Counted from the stretch's first letter, positions 9,901 to 24,900 are shown. The stretch is DNA of 64,000 nt from an uncultured bacterium (GCA_963977015.1 CAXBMO010000003.1:288001-352000); one strand, 5' to 3'. Numbers and translations: made by a program. Notes: generated by a model from the sequence alone, not told the origin.

Positions 9901-12900
9901 CCGCTTCAAGAATATCTTGTTCCGCTTGGCTAAAGGAACTGAACAGCCCCGTCGTGACGTTGGCTCCGAAATTCGTGGTTAGAAAGTCAATCGTATCCTG
10001 ATCCTCTGCCAGTCTATTGGTGACGAGAACCACGTTTGGCGTGAGCTTCAGATCGATCGAACCGGTCACAGCCACTTGGTCATGATGACCCGACCCGTCA
10101 CCCGGCGTGATTCCGTCGATCTCCACCGTGTAGGTTGAACCGGCCCCGAGATTGAGGTCGCCCGTCGCCAAATCACCAAAGGTGATTCCCGGATTCACCG
10201 TGCCCGCTGCGTTGATCGTGGCGTTGGTTATGCCAGTGCCGCCGAGCGTTGCATCGCCTTGAACGGTGATGGTGCCGGGCGTGCCGCTGATCAGTGATCC
10301 GTTGAGGAGGAAGGTTCCTTCTGCGATGACCGTCGGTGCGTCGTAGGTGTTGGCGCCGGTCAGGTCCAGGGTCCCCTCACCGGCCTTCGTGTATCCTCCG
10401 GTCCCGGAAAGGACGCCAGCTACGGTGATGGTTTGGCTCGCCTCCGCATCAAAGACCTGATTATTGGCTCCCGTCACGGAAATCGACACATCGCTCTCGA
10501 TGGAAAGATCGCTACCCGCCAGGTTCGCGATGGTGCCGCCGGTCCAGTTGAAGGTCACCGCCGTGCCGTCGCCGGCGTCGATCGTGGTCGCCTCCAATCT
10601 GCCTGCCGCCAAGTTGTAGATCGCGGTCGCGTCGCCCGCCTGCTCGTCGGCCAGGATCAAGGTTCCGACCGTAAGGGTGCCGCCGTTTTGATTCAGCGTC
10701 CCCGTGCCGAGGTGGTCGGTTCCCACCTCGGAGGTTCTGCCCACGCTCAGGCTGGTCGCGTCGAGGGTTCCGGCCTCAAAGGTGAGGATCCCGATTCCAC
10801 CAGCTCGATTTGTCGCATCGCCAAGGAAGACTTCATCAAGCAACGCGTCCACCGTGCCGCCGGTCAAATCCAGCGTCCCGGTATTCGCGGTATTCTGGGT
10901 GCCACCCATTCCCACGATCAGATCTGCCCGACCCGTTCCGGCTAGGTCACGGATCGTCAAGACGGGGGCGGTGAGTCCGCTCTGGAAAGAAATCTCAGAT
11001 TGTCCTCCATTCGCATTCCCGGCGGCGGATGGCAGATTGCCTCCGAGGGTGATGGTGTCGGCATGGATGAACGTAGTCTCTCCTAGCTTCATGGTAGGAG
11101 TGCTGTTCCAGCCCCCCAGGGAGACCGCGTCCGCCGTGATGGTGGAGGTCGCCGCCAAGATCAGATCCGCGTCGTCTCTTCCTCCGGGGCTCAGGTAAAA
11201 GGTTCCCGTCGTCGTCGCCTCGAACTCGTTCAATCCCGTGAGATCGAGCGTATAATTTCGGCGTTCGTTTCCGAACTGGGAATCAACGATTCCGATACTG
11301 ATATCCGTCGAACCGCTGTTAACGACAAACTTCCCGCCCGTCATCGTCAAGGTCGCGGCGGTCGTGGTGGAATCGGAATGGGTTCCCGAGTCCACGATGC
11401 CATTGATAAATCCGCCCGTCGTGAGCGTCGCCGCTGACGCGATATTCGTGGTATTGCCAATCACCGTGCCGGTGATGTCGAACCGGTAGTTCAACTGCGC
11501 GAGCGTCTGGTCGGAATTCACGTTCAACTCCGTATCGAACGCCGTGCCGCCCGCGCGGCCGATCGAAAGCGTGTTCGTCGCAGCCAACGTATTGCCCGCG
11601 GTCGCATCCAGCGTCAGGGTCCCATTGGTCAGCAAGATCTCGCCGTCGAAGGTGTTCTGGGCCGTGAAAATCAACTCGCCGCCGTCATGCTTCTCCAACA
11701 CGCCACTCCCACTGATCACTCCATTGATCGTCATGGTGGTGCCCCCCCGGACGTCGATTCGTCCACCAGAGGCCGTCACCGTAACACCGCGGTTGGCAAC
11801 CAGATCGACCGAAGGACCATTGTTCTTCAGGATCCCGCCGTTGAGCGTGATGTTGGCCCCGTCGAAAGCGCCGGGAACCGCGCCCAGCGAGCCGTCCGCC
11901 TGAATTCGAATTGTTCCCTGTTCGATCACCGTCCCGCCGGTGTAGGTATTGGAAGTCCCCGTTAAATAAAGCAGCGATGATCCCGTCTTGGTCAAACTGC
12001 CGCTCCCAGAGATAACCCCGGAAATTGTGCTATTGGTGGAGTTGCCTACCGTCAGATGGACCGCTGTCCCGTGCTGCCCCAGAACAACGGTGTCACCGCT
12101 GCCCGACTGAAGCGATCCGATCGTGACGGTGGATTCCGTGTTTTCGGAGTCGTTCACCAATTGCAGGGCCACATTCCCAACCGTGGCGTTCAAATCGACC
12201 GCGTCGGAGCTGTAGTCGCCGCCATTGACGATGATGGTTCCCGAATTGGAACCGAGCGCGTTGACCGCGGCTTGAATCGAGCCAAATGCTGTATAACCAA
12301 CAACCGCGTCCTCCGCCGTCCCGGTCGTTTCCAAATCTCCATCGACTACAATCCCGTCGCCCAGACTGCTCCATTGATCGTTCACGTAGACGATCGTGGG
12401 GCTCGCCTTGACCAACATGACATCGTTCCCGTCACCGCCGTTGTAGACGATTTCGTAATCCACACCACCCACATCCACGATGGCCCCACTCACGTTGGCA
12501 TTGGTGAACACTCCGCTGAGCGTGTCGGCATTGTCAATCAGGTCGATTAACAGATAGACGTCCCGGTCTGGCGACACGCCGGTCACGGTCAGCGTTCCGC
12601 CAAGGGTCGCATTTCCGTCCACCTGGAGCACGTCGGTGATCGCGTCGATGATATCGACTTCCAAATCCCCCGAGCTTGTCGTTAAATCGCCCGCGATTTC
12701 CATCGTGCCGGTGGCGGCATCTCCCCCAATCTGAAGATCCCCTCCCGTCTGGGTGTAGGCGCGGTTGAACTCGCCCACATCTTCAAGTCTTCCGCTGGTG
12801 AAGGTAAAGGTCCCAATCGGGTTGGCCAGGGTGCCGATGTCGTTCCCTCCCAGACTCAGAGTGGCTCCCTTCAAATCTATCACAGCGTTTTGGGTGCCGA

Positions 12901-15900
12901 TCCCGGCAGCGTCCACCGTAATATCGCCGCCGACGTTCACCTCTCCTCCAATGAGGTTAAGGGTGCCGCTCGAAACGCTGTCAACACTGCCGGTTGCGCT
13001 GGCCAGGCTAATCCCACCGGTCACGTTGACCGTTCCGCCGGACACATTGATCGTTGCGGTGGCCCCCCCGTTCGCTGAGGTTGCCGAGCTCGAATTGAGG
13101 CCCATCGCAATGGCCCCGAACGTCGCCGTCCCTCCCTCAAGGTTCAGGATCGAGGTAACCTGCCCGGACACATTGCTGCCCTTGCGGTTGGACATCGTCA
13201 GGCTGGTGACGTCGAGGCTCCCTTGGTTGAAGGAAAGCGTCGCCGTCGTACCTCCCGAACCGCGATCACGGCCCCCAATGATCAGGTCGTCGATCAGCAA
13301 ATCCGCGCCGTGATCGAGGAAATCGACCGTTCCCGTCGGGCTTCCACTCGTTCCCGTCGTTCCATTGGCAATCTGCAAATCGGCGCGAGAACTGCCACCC
13401 GCGGCCCCCCGGATCGTGACCGATCCACTGCTTGTCCCAAAATCAAGGGTTCCACTGGACCGCGTTCCCGTGTAGTCCCCCGGTCCCACCAAGATGGTAT
13501 TCGCGTTGAGGGTGTTCTCGATCGAACCAAGGTGCAGCCTCTGCATCGCAACCCCACCCGTGTGCGCACCCACGCTAATGGTAGCGGCAGTGACCGTGCT
13601 GGTATCAGCGAGAATGAGTGTCGATGCCGCTCCTCCGCCGGAATTGCCGGCAAAGCCGACGCGCAACGTGCCGCTGGAACCCAGGTCGATATCCGCGCTG
13701 GCCAGGTCGCTCATGTCCACCGTGGCGCCTCCGTAGTTCGAACCGGTGGCACCGCCCAACTGAAACAAGGAAGAGCCATTGCCGTTGACGTCCAGGCTAC
13801 CTTCCCCGGTGAACAGGACATTCGTCGTGGAGCCACCGGCGATATTCGGCCCGAAAATCACATCAACGGGCGTGGTGCCGTCGCCCACGGTCAACGTCTT
13901 GCCCGCCCCAATCGTGACGACGTTATGAAGCGGCGAGTGCGTGAAAAAATAGAGATTCGAAACGGCGGCGCTAAACGCTGATAGGTCCAGGGCTCCCACG
14001 GTGGTCGTTGCAGGCGAGCTGGCGTCACTTGAACCGAAGTAGAGATCTCCGGAACCGATCCCGGTGTCCGATCCGGCGACCACGGTTCCGTCAACAATCA
14101 CGGTCGTTCCGCTGTAGGAGTTGTCTCCGCTCAGGGTGAGCGTGCCCGCCCCGACTTTCTCAAGCGAAACCACGCCCATCCCGACTCCATCCTCGATCTT
14201 CCCGGTGATGTTCACGTTGCCAGCACCCTGATTCGGAGCGCCAATCGTTAAGGTGACGGGTCCGGCGGTTCCGTTCACGATATCTCCCGAGATCGTCCCG
14301 TTGGTGGTCTGGATTCCCAAGATGGTGTCGCCCAACAACGTGATCTGCCCGGAAAGACTGCCGTTGAGACGGATGGCTCCCCGAGTCTCGGTATTTCCGC
14401 TGCCGGAAACCTCGATCTTGCTCACGATCGTGCCGCTCGAGAAAAGCTGAGTTCCCTCGTTAATCCGGATCGTGGCGCTGGCGTCGAGACCAGGGTTGCC
14501 GCTGAGTTTGTTGCCGGTCGGGCTTCCGTCGGTTTCCAACTCCAGCAATCCGGTGAATCCGGAATTGGCCCCCAAAAGGCTGGTGTTGCCCGATGCGCCG
14601 GAAAGAGTCACCAGGATGCGACCGTCTCCGCTAAACGCATTATCAAAATCGTTGATCCCGTCGCTGAGCAAATGGAGCGTCGCGTCGGTTGAAACGGAGG
14701 CGGTCCCCGGAAGCGCGGAAGGTTGGGTCACTTCAAGCGTGCCTGTCTCGATGACGCTGGTGTCGCCGGAGTAGGTGTTGTCCTGGCTCAACGTCCAGGT
14801 ACCACTACCAGCCTTCACCAGATTCCCTTCGCCGCTGACGATGCCTTGGGCCTCACCAGTTCCGGTGTTCGTAATGGTGAGGGTGTGAGTGCCGGTATCG
14901 ACCGTTGAGGTGAAGTTGACGTCTTCACCGGTCAAGATGTAGTCGCCTCCCATCGTCACCGCGTGGTTCACCGTTACATCACCAGTGGTCGCGGTGGCAG
15001 TGAACGCGCCGCCGATGGAACTGGTGGATTTCAGGTCAATTGACGTGGCATTGACCACGGTGGCGTCGCCATTGGTTTCAACCCCAATCTCACCTGTCAC
15101 GGCAAGGGTGTTGGTTCCTCCCAGTTCGATCACCGATTCGTGCGAATACCCAACCTGGAAAATCGCAAGCATTTCCTCCAGTTGTTCATCGGTGAGCAAT
15201 CCATCGTGGAAGCTGGCAAAATCGAGTTGCCCCTCGAAGCTGTCCAGGCTTCCAATCCCGCTTGAACCATCGCCTCCAATCCGAAAGTCGGTGGCATTAC
15301 TCAGCCCGTCGGTTCCCGATGCGCTACCGGTGAGAGCCGGCCCGTCTGCGATCGTGCCGTCTTTGGTCGTGACAAAGGACTCCAATGACTTGTCCGTATG
15401 ATCGTAGCGCAATGTTATAAGGTACCAGTCGCCAGCTGTTAGCGGTTCACTTCCGCCAAACGTTCCGCCCGGCGATGTCAGCTGCCCCTGAAGGTTGCCA
15501 CTCACATTCTGATACCGAAAACGGTTCGACCCTAACAGGGTATCATAGCCATAGTTCGGGTTGGTTCGCATTTGAGCGACTGAAAAGGTGAAACTTCCTC
15601 CGGAGTAGACACTGTTCGGAATGCTCAGAACATTTTGAGAATTGTCGAATTGAGCCACGTTCCCATCTGCCAATTCGCTGGGAGTCCATCCATTGCCACT
15701 ATCAGTCGCCGTAACAAACGTCGGGAGAGATGACCCGGCAGCCGACAAGGTGTAACCGTTGCCGTACTTATCAGCCAGCGGATCGGAACCATCAAAATCC
15801 CAAACCGCTGTCAGAGCCGATAAATCACCGGCTCCTCCTGTCGCTTGAAAATTGGCCATCCCGGCTACGGAAACGGTTCCCCCTTCATTGGTGATGTTTC

Positions 15901-18900
15901 CACTCGTCGCGGTTACGTCGAGATCCCCTCCGATGTCAGTGGATGAAAAGTCGATTGTCCCAGTATTGACGATCAGTGCGTTGCCACCGGAACCTGTGGT
16001 GTTGAGTCCAATCGAGCCACTCACCGCCAATTGATCGAGCTCCAGATCCGCATCCACCTGAGTTGAGGCGAATTGGGCACCTCCCGTTACGGCAACGGTG
16101 CCCGAATCGGTAATGCTACCATTGGCACGAGCGGAGAGATCGCCTCCGATCGTGCTGGCGCCGAGCGCAAGATCTCCGTTGTTCGTCACCGAAGCGTTGC
16201 CTGCGGATGTCAACGAGAGCAGGTCTCCAAAAACCACTGCGTTCGTGCCGCCGAGATCGATGCTTGTGCCGATTAAACTGGCGAGTCCCGTTGCCGTCAC
16301 CGTTCCTGCGGTATTGGAAATCGCACCACTAGCGACAACATCGAGTTCGGACACATTGCTGGTCTTGAAGTCGATCGCTCCGACGCTGTTGATCGTCGCA
16401 CTTCCCGTCGTCAGGCCAAGCGCACCACCTACTTCAAGAGTGTTGCCGTCCCCTCCAAGGTTCACCGCCGCAACATTCCCGTTACCCGTGGTGAACTTGC
16501 TGAACATCTGCTGCACTTCGGAGTCGTCGAGCGCCTCATTGTGGAACGCGATAAAATCCAACTCTCCCCTCCAACCATCGAATCCGCCGATTCCGCTAAT
16601 TCCGTCTCCTCCGATGCGGAATTTTTCGATCGGATTGGTTGCCAGCCAGGTTTCCATGAGAACGGGCTCTCCGGCAATTCCCGTATTCGTGCTAACAAAT
16701 ACTTCGATCAAACCGGTCGCCTTGGTATAACGCATCGTGGTGAGATACCAATCATTATCGGTGTAGATGCCACTAACCACATCGTCGCCGTCGGAAGGTG
16801 ACTGGGTCCGAAGTCGCAGGCTGCCACTGTGGTTGAGCAAAGCTAAATCGTCCGAGGCCAGCATCACCCTCCAAGTACCGGTATTGGAACGCCCGGCGAT
16901 CGTGAATGTGAAATCATCACCGGTGTAGGCACTCGCGGGGATGTCCAAATAGTCATTCCCATTAAACGTTGCTGAGTTCCCGAGATTCGTAGGAGCCCAG
17001 CCGTTTCCACTGGCCGAAACGGCCCCAATCACGGGACGCTGGTCCGTTGTACCCGATTGAGTAAGGTCGTTTCCGTTGCTGGACTTGTCGGCAAGCGGAG
17101 TTCCACCCTCGAAATCCCAGAAGCCGCCCACATTTGCCAGAGAGGGCAGTTGATTCACGATTCCTCCTCTTCCTGGATCTACCGTGGTCGCGTTAAAGTC
17201 AGCCATTCCGCCGACAGTGAGTGCGCCTCCCGTGTTTGTGATGTCACCTATCGTCGCTGTGGCATTGAGGTCACCGCCAATCGTCGTCGTGGCGAAATCA
17301 ATCCCCGTCGCATTCTCCAAGGAAGCGTCACCACTGGTCACCAGAGCGATTTTGCCACTCACATCTGCTCCCGGCAGCGAGATCGTGCCCGTTCCGGCAT
17401 CGATATCGAGATTGCCGGTCGTCTTCACCGTTCCGGCGAGATTCACCGCGCCGTCCGCGTCGATCTCGATGGTTCCCGAACCGGAATCGAGCGTCGCAGT
17501 CGCCAACTGTGTCACCGTTCCACCGGTCGCACTCAAGGTGAAGCCCGTTGCCGTGATGTCGGCATTCAGGTTGATCGTTTCGGCGTTGACCGAAAGCAAA
17601 CCGCTGAAGCTTGAAGCGCTGGAACCACTGAAGGTGACCATGTCCGCCCCACCGTTGGCGTTGATCGTGACGTTGGCAAAGTTGCCCACTCCCAAATCGC
17701 CAATCGCAATCGCATCCACGTCTCCGGACCCTTGGATGTCCAGATCCGGGGTATTTCCCAGCACGGTTGCGGAGACGGTCCGCAAGAGGGTGCCGTTCAC
17801 CTGGATTTCCAGATCGCCGGAGGCGTTCAAAGCCACGGAAACCGTGTCCACCGTTCCGTCGTCGCCCGGGGCGCGATTGGCAAACGTATCCGGCATCGAC
17901 AGCCGCGTATCGATCTCGATCGCGCCTTCACCGGTCACCGTGATCCGCACCGTGGCGGTTCTTTCCTCTCCGGAACTGTCTTCCATGGTGTAGGTGAAGG
18001 TGTCCTCCACCGTTTCACCGTCGGCCAGGGCCTGGAGCGCGGCTGCACTGGTCGCGTCATAGCTGAAAATGCCTCCGCCGGTATGGCTCACCGCGGCACC
18101 CAACTCGCTCAACCCGGTCAACGTGGTTGACCCGTTCAGTTCGACCACGGTTTTGGTATCACCCGAATCCGCATCGGTGTCGTTGGCCAGCACGTCGATG
18201 TCGATCGCTGCGGCGTCTTCCGTCGTCGCCGCGGTGTCGTCCACCACAACCGGCGCATCGTTGGTTCCCGTGATCGTGATGGTCACGGTATGCTCGTCGA
18301 CCCCTCCCTGACTGTCATTTGCCTCTACGGTGTATTCCAGGGTTAACACCTCCCCATCCGAGAGATGGTCAAACCGTTCGCTGTTGCTGTTGAACGTCCA
18401 GGTAATCTGCCCGGAAGTGGCACTGCCATTGACCGGAGCCGCAGGCGCCACTGTCAGCATCGCCTCCAAGTCCCCATTGGAAACCGGCGTCTGGCCGTTT
18501 GCCACGGTCACGCCGGTTACCTCCGCCGACACCGTGTCGGTGAAGTCTGGATCAGACACGGTCAGCGTGTCGCTTGCCGACAGCGTCCCATTTCCTTCCG
18601 TCAACGCCGCTGAATCCGCGTCACCGGAAGCGGTTTCCACCGTGATCTGAGGAACATCGTTGGTCCCATTGACCGTGATCGTCAGCGTTGATTCGGATTC
18701 GGGGGCAACCGTCGGAATGAAGTTCAACAACAGACCGCTGAGCGGCGTTTCCCGATCGGAAGCCGCAGTGCCGTCGAACAGAATAATTACATCATTGGTT
18801 CCATCGGCCACGAAGCTGAACTGCGCTGCGGTGGACTCGACATCGGCATCAGTAAGGCCATTCACTCCGCCGAATGCCACATTTGCATTGCCAGTCTGGC

Positions 18901-21900
18901 CGGTATTCACCAATCCGTTGCCGTCTCCATTATCCACCAAGACCTGAATCGCTTCGCTTTGCGTATGCTGGGCGTCCGCATGATAGGAGGTCACTTCGTA
19001 GGTTCCGGCCGGCAATTCGCCCAAGGTCACTCGAATGATCCCGCTGCTGTTCTTGACAAAATCTTCAGCCAGTTTGGCTAGGTCACTGGTTAAGTTGCTG
19101 TCCCCTCGATCCCTCCAGTCGACACTCCCTGCATCGTTCCCGATCGCGTTTGTGTCTTCGATCGACAACGTGAAGCTCAACCCATTCGCAGTCGTATAGG
19201 CACGGTCAACAAAACCTTCATTCCCGGCAAAATTGGCTCCACCTTCCACGGAAATCGCGCCGTCGGCGGTCCTTCCTCCATCGGCCTGAATATCGATCAG
19301 GATCTGTTGCGCCTGTTCATTTGCGCTCCCGTAGGTAAACACATCGGACACGCTTTGCCCCGTTGCCAGGTGGTCCGTGGCTTCTTGGTCCGGCACGTAG
19401 GTGTAGGAGCCATCCGGACGAATCGTCAATCTTCCGTATTGACCGTCCACGATCGTTTCGCCATCGACGGTGCCTCCGCCATTGGTCCCCAGCGGAGAGC
19501 CGCCACCGGAATATTCAATGGTTACCACGGCAACATCGTCATTGAAATCGGCATCGACATCCGTTCCGCCGTTGGTGGTACCGGTTCCCGTGAGCACATT
19601 GCCTTCGGCGTTTTCGGCGGGCGTCGAGTTGCCATCCCCTCCCGCTTCGGTGGCCTCGTCCGTATCGGCCGTTGCCACGGGAACATCGTTGGTTCCGGTG
19701 ATCGTGATGGTCACCGTCTCGGAATCACTGAGCGGAGCCGCGGCGTCATCGGTCGCGGTGAGGGTATAGGTCAGGACCAAGCTTTGACCTTCGGGCAGGT
19801 AGTCGAACGCTTGTGAACCGCTGTCAAAGGTCCAGTTCAGCGTCTTGGTCGTTTCCGATCCGCTCAACCATTGTCCTGGCGTCGCGGGGTCTACCGAAAA
19901 CATGGCCAGAAGCTCGGCGTCGCTGGGCCGGGAAGGATCAGCAGGATCGTCACCGCTTACCGCAAGCGACACGGCTCCGGTCACGATGTCGGATTGATCC
20001 GGGTCGGTTACCGTCAACGAACCGCTGGTCGAAAGCCCAGCGTTGGTCTCGGTTAGTTCCGCGGAATCGGGTCCGCCGGTAATTTCCGGCGCGTCATTCG
20101 ATCCCTGAACCATGACCGTCAGCGTGGATGCAGACACCGCGTTCACATCCGGAAGGTAAAACAACTGAAGCCCGTTGAGCGGCGTCTCAGCCTTATTCGT
20201 CCCCTCGGTTCCATCAAACCGAATGATCACATCATTGGTCCCGTCCGCGGTAAAGGTGAAATGTGCCGCCGTTGCCGCCAAATTTTCCTCGGACAATCCA
20301 GAAACCCCCGGAGCCGAAAGGCCGGCTGTTCCACGCTGACCGGTATCCACCAGTCCGCTGCCGTCTCCATTATTCACCAAGACCTTGATCGTATCGCTCT
20401 GCTCAAACTGGGGATCCCGATGATAGGAAGTCGCAAGGTAGGTTCCCGCAGGAAGAGTACCGAGCGTCACTTCAATGATGCCATGATTGTTCTTGATGAA
20501 ATCCTCGCCCAAATCCACCGGTGAATCCGCGCTACCATCAGCTCTTCGGTCTCGCCAATCGACGGATCCCGTTCCCGCTGCATCGATCGCGACGGAAAAC
20601 GCCTGGCCGGTTTGAGAGATGAAGGACTGCTCGCTCAAGTTTCCGCTGGTGTTTCGAGCATATCCGTTGATCGAGATCGCGTTGGTCGCCGTTTGTCCGC
20701 CGTTGGGTTCAATATCCAGCAACGCGAATTCCTCGGGCGTTTCGTTGGCGATCCGGTAGGTGAACTCATCCGTGGCAAATTCGTCCTCAGCCAGAGTGTC
20801 CGACGTATTGTCGTCCAGCGTGTAAACATAGGAACCATTCGGTTGAATCGTCAGGAAACCGTACTGCCCGTCCACGACCGTCTCGCCGCTCATCTGGCCG
20901 CCAGAGTTGCCTCCCACCGGCGTGCCACCACCTGAGTACTGTGCGCTAACCACCAGAACGCTGCCGTCGTCCGCGGACGGGTCGTCGTCGGTATCGACAT
21001 CGAAGTCCGTTCCTCCATTCGTCGTTCCGACACCCGTGATCACGTTCCCCTCCGCATTAACTGCGGCGATGCCGTTGGATTCTCCCCCGGCTTCCACCGA
21101 TTCGTCGGTATCGGCATGAGCCTCGGGCGCGTCGTTGGTGCCGTTGATCGTGATCGTGACGGTATGCTCTCCGAAACCGGTATCGTCATCCGTGGCGCGA
21201 ATTGTGTAGGCGAGCATCAGCGATTCCCCATCCGCCAGGTGATCGAATGCTTCGCTGCCGCTGCTGAAATCCCAATCGATCGTGCCAACTCCGCTCGCGT
21301 CGAGCGTTAACGAATCAGATGAGAAGCCGAGCATTCCCTGCAAGGTAGCGTCGGCAATCCCATTGGCATCCCCGGTTACGAGAACCGATTCGACGGTGAG
21401 ATCTTCCGTGTCCAGCACGCCTGCATCCGTGACCGTTAGCGTTCCCGAAGCCGAAATCCCGGCGTCGGTCTCGCTAAGCGTTTCCGCATTCGAATCGCCC
21501 GTCCCCACCGAAATGACCGGCGCTGCATTCGATACGGTGGTGGTTACGGAAACGGTCTGGCTGAAAATGTTTTCCGTCGGAATCGTGGCTCCACCAAACA
21601 ACTGTCCCACTTCGTCGCCCGAAAGCGCGCGGCTCCAGATCCCGATATCGTCCATCAGACCATTGATCGCGTCTGCAGTACTTTTTCCCAAGAGTTGAAG
21701 CACATCGGTATTCGAAAGGCCATTCCCGTGACGATAGGTCTGCGAATGGTTGAGACTACCATCGATGTATTCCGAACTGGTGCCGTTATCGAGGACGTAG
21801 GTGACGTGGTGCCAATTTCCATCGAGCACCGCCCCTCCTCGGTTGTAATTCAGATTCTGGTTGTGATCCCCCGTCACGTCGTCATTGGGAAAGGTATCAA

Positions 21901-24900
21901 CCCGAATGTTTACTTGATCGGTGCTACCGGAGCGATTGATGAACCAAGTGGGCGTGCCGTCACTTCCGCTTTCATTCCCTTTCCGCAAAAAGCGAAACCA
22001 GGATTTATTGATGGCTTGATCATCAACAGGCGCCTCAGCCTTGATCCAGAAAGAAACCGTGAGTTGATCGTCGATCTCACCAAGGGAATCGGAGTGCGGC
22101 ACTTCAATGTAACCCGTTCCCGATCCGGAAACGACTCCCCCGCGTTCAGGATCGTCGATGAACGCAATCCCCGAACCGTGAATGGTACTTCCGTCATTAT
22201 TGTTCGTCGTAGAATCGTTGGCATTCCCTGCGTCGAAACCATAGAGCGCCTGGAGCTGATATCCGAGCGTCTCCGTGACCTGCACATTGACGGTATAGGT
22301 GTTCGAGGAATCGGAACTGGGATCATCATCCGCGTAGGTGTGCCAAAGCTCGAACTCTCCGGTCGTTGCATTGTAGGTGCCATTGGCACCTAGGTCCGCC
22401 AAGTCATAAGTCTTGGTGCCGGAATCGTTGGGATCAGCCCAGTCAACCGCAATCGTGTACCCGTCACCATTGAACTCGGCGTCGAGAATGGTCCCGGACA
22501 GCCTAGTTTGCGTGCCCTCATCCCCGCTGGTGATTTGAACATTGCTGAGTTCTGGAGCGTCGTTCACCGCAACCAGCACGACATCGGAACCATCCACCCC
22601 AAAGTCGTTCACTTGAACCTCGAAAGTGTAGCCGCCTACGGTGACCGTCCCGTTGGAGAACGCTCCAGATATGGTCCCGGTCGACTTGATGATGGTGAAC
22701 TGGTCGCCAGTCGTCACATCATTCGGCAGCGTATAATTCAGGCTCAGCTCTCCGGCCAAGGTGACATCACCATTGACGATCAGGTAGTCGTTCCCGGTGT
22801 CCACCGTTCCCGCATCGCGCGAATTGGCATCATCCGCGCCGAAGAAGTCCACTTCCAAGATCCCGCCGACTTGCAGTTCATAGTTTCCTTCGATGGTCGC
22901 GCTGTCGACCGCATCGTCCGCGCCAATCTGCACAGTGCCGCCCTGTTGAATGACCGTGCCCATGGTTCCCCCATCGAGAATGAGACGGCCAGACTCAACA
23001 ACCACTGATCCGGTGTAGGTATTCTCTCCCCCAAGGGTAAGAACTCCCGAGCCGGTCTTGGTCAACTCCCCAATCCCGCTAAGGACTCCAGAGAAGTCGC
23101 CGCTTTCGATGGCGAGCGTCGTTGCATCATTGTGAACCCCATCGACGCCGCCAAGCTCGATCGTGACATTGTCGCCGCCGATAAGCCCGCCGAGCGTGCT
23201 GTTCCCCTCCACGAATTTCACCGTGATGTCGTTGCTAAATGCGCTTAGGTCGAGCGTTTCTCCACTGTAATCCCCCTCGTTCACAATGAGAGTAACATCC
23301 CGGAGGGTATCGATGGCATCAACCGCATCCTGCAGCGTACCAAAGGCGTTGTTGCCGAAGGTGGCGGTCTGCGTGCCGACGGCCTCCAGGTCGCCGTCCC
23401 CGTTTGTGATGTCGGATTGGTTAGTCCAACTATCGTTGACGTAGACGGCTCGCACCGGATTGGCGATGGCGGCAATATCATCGGGCAACACCAGCGAATT
23501 GTAGAAAACGACGTCGTCGACCCGACCGGTCATCGGACGGTTGCCACTTTCCTGTGCTCCGAGGTTGAGCATCAGGCCTGCGCTGAAATCGGGCCGCAAG
23601 GCATTGGTGTTGGCAGCGACTTCGATTCCGTCTACGTAGGCACGGACCACGCCACGGCCTGTTGTCGGACTGGCATCGGCATCGAAGGTCAGTGCGAGAT
23701 GGTGCCAACCTGCCCCAAGTGCGCCCGTTCTGTAGATCGTTTGCTCCGTTGATTTGAAGGTGACCGCAGTCGTATTGTCATCGAACTCGAAAAACGGATC
23801 GAGGATCCTGTCATACTGCGACTGATTGCCGTCAATGTAGACTGAAGCTGCAACCGTGAAATCCGAGTCTATCCCGATGGTTCCGGCGGGAATGGAGTAC
23901 GTAACCACGTTATTGTTTTCATCGAACTGGGCGGCGAGTTCTCCTGTAACCGTGCTGTCCGCATAGGTGAGGGAGCCCGAAACTGTCGCGTTGCCGCCGA
24001 GGGAACCGGAATTGGCTGTGCCGGTGAGGGAATCGCCTGAGCTGGCCGAATCAGCGTCGAAGGTAAGATTGACCAACGGGTCGGTGACCGCAGGAAGCGC
24101 GATCGCGCTGAACGAGATATTGTCGTAGTAGATCTCGGCAGGAATGGACGAATCGCCTGAACCCGTGTTCCAGAACTCCAGCCTCATGCTGGAAAATTGC
24201 CCCTGTTCAAAGACATTCACGCCGGTAGGCGTTTCCCCCGGCGCGACGATCGTGAGTATGGCTGGATTTTTTGCCGAGGTTCCCGCGTTATTTTCCGTGG
24301 AGATGGAGACATGGGAAAAGGCATTGTCCCCACTATCATCTCCAGGCGCGGCACTTCCGAGACCTCCGTGGCCGACGTTGTGGACCCGCCAAAAGTTTGC
24401 ACCACCACGCGAGTCGCCCGAGCCGCCGTTAACGCCATTCAGCGTTAATCCAAATTTGGCGTTTTTCTCAACGACATACTGGTCGTATTCCGTAACCAAT
24501 TGGTAATCGCCTGGCGTCAAGGCATTGAGAGCGGCGAGGGCCGCACCGGAGTCGTAGGAACTGGCGTTGAAGGTAAGCGTGGCGGTCGAGAATTCGTTGC
24601 CCACTTCGCTCTTCATTCCCCAGACCGTATCGGTCGCGCCGGCGCCGGTGTTGTTAGTTGCGCCCAAAGCTGCCACGGAGTTATCCACGCTGCTGGCACC
24701 GCTACCACCTGATATGAAAAGGCTCGAACCCGGATTATCCTCGAAATCCAGCGTAAAGATGGTCGAGGAGGGATGAACCAATCCGTAAACCGAAACCGCG
24801 TCCAGACCGGAATTGTTTCCCCCACCCTGTCCCACACTGGAAATCCTCAACTCATAGCTTTCCCCATTCGAAAGCCGGAGTGGAGCGGGGAAATCAAAGG

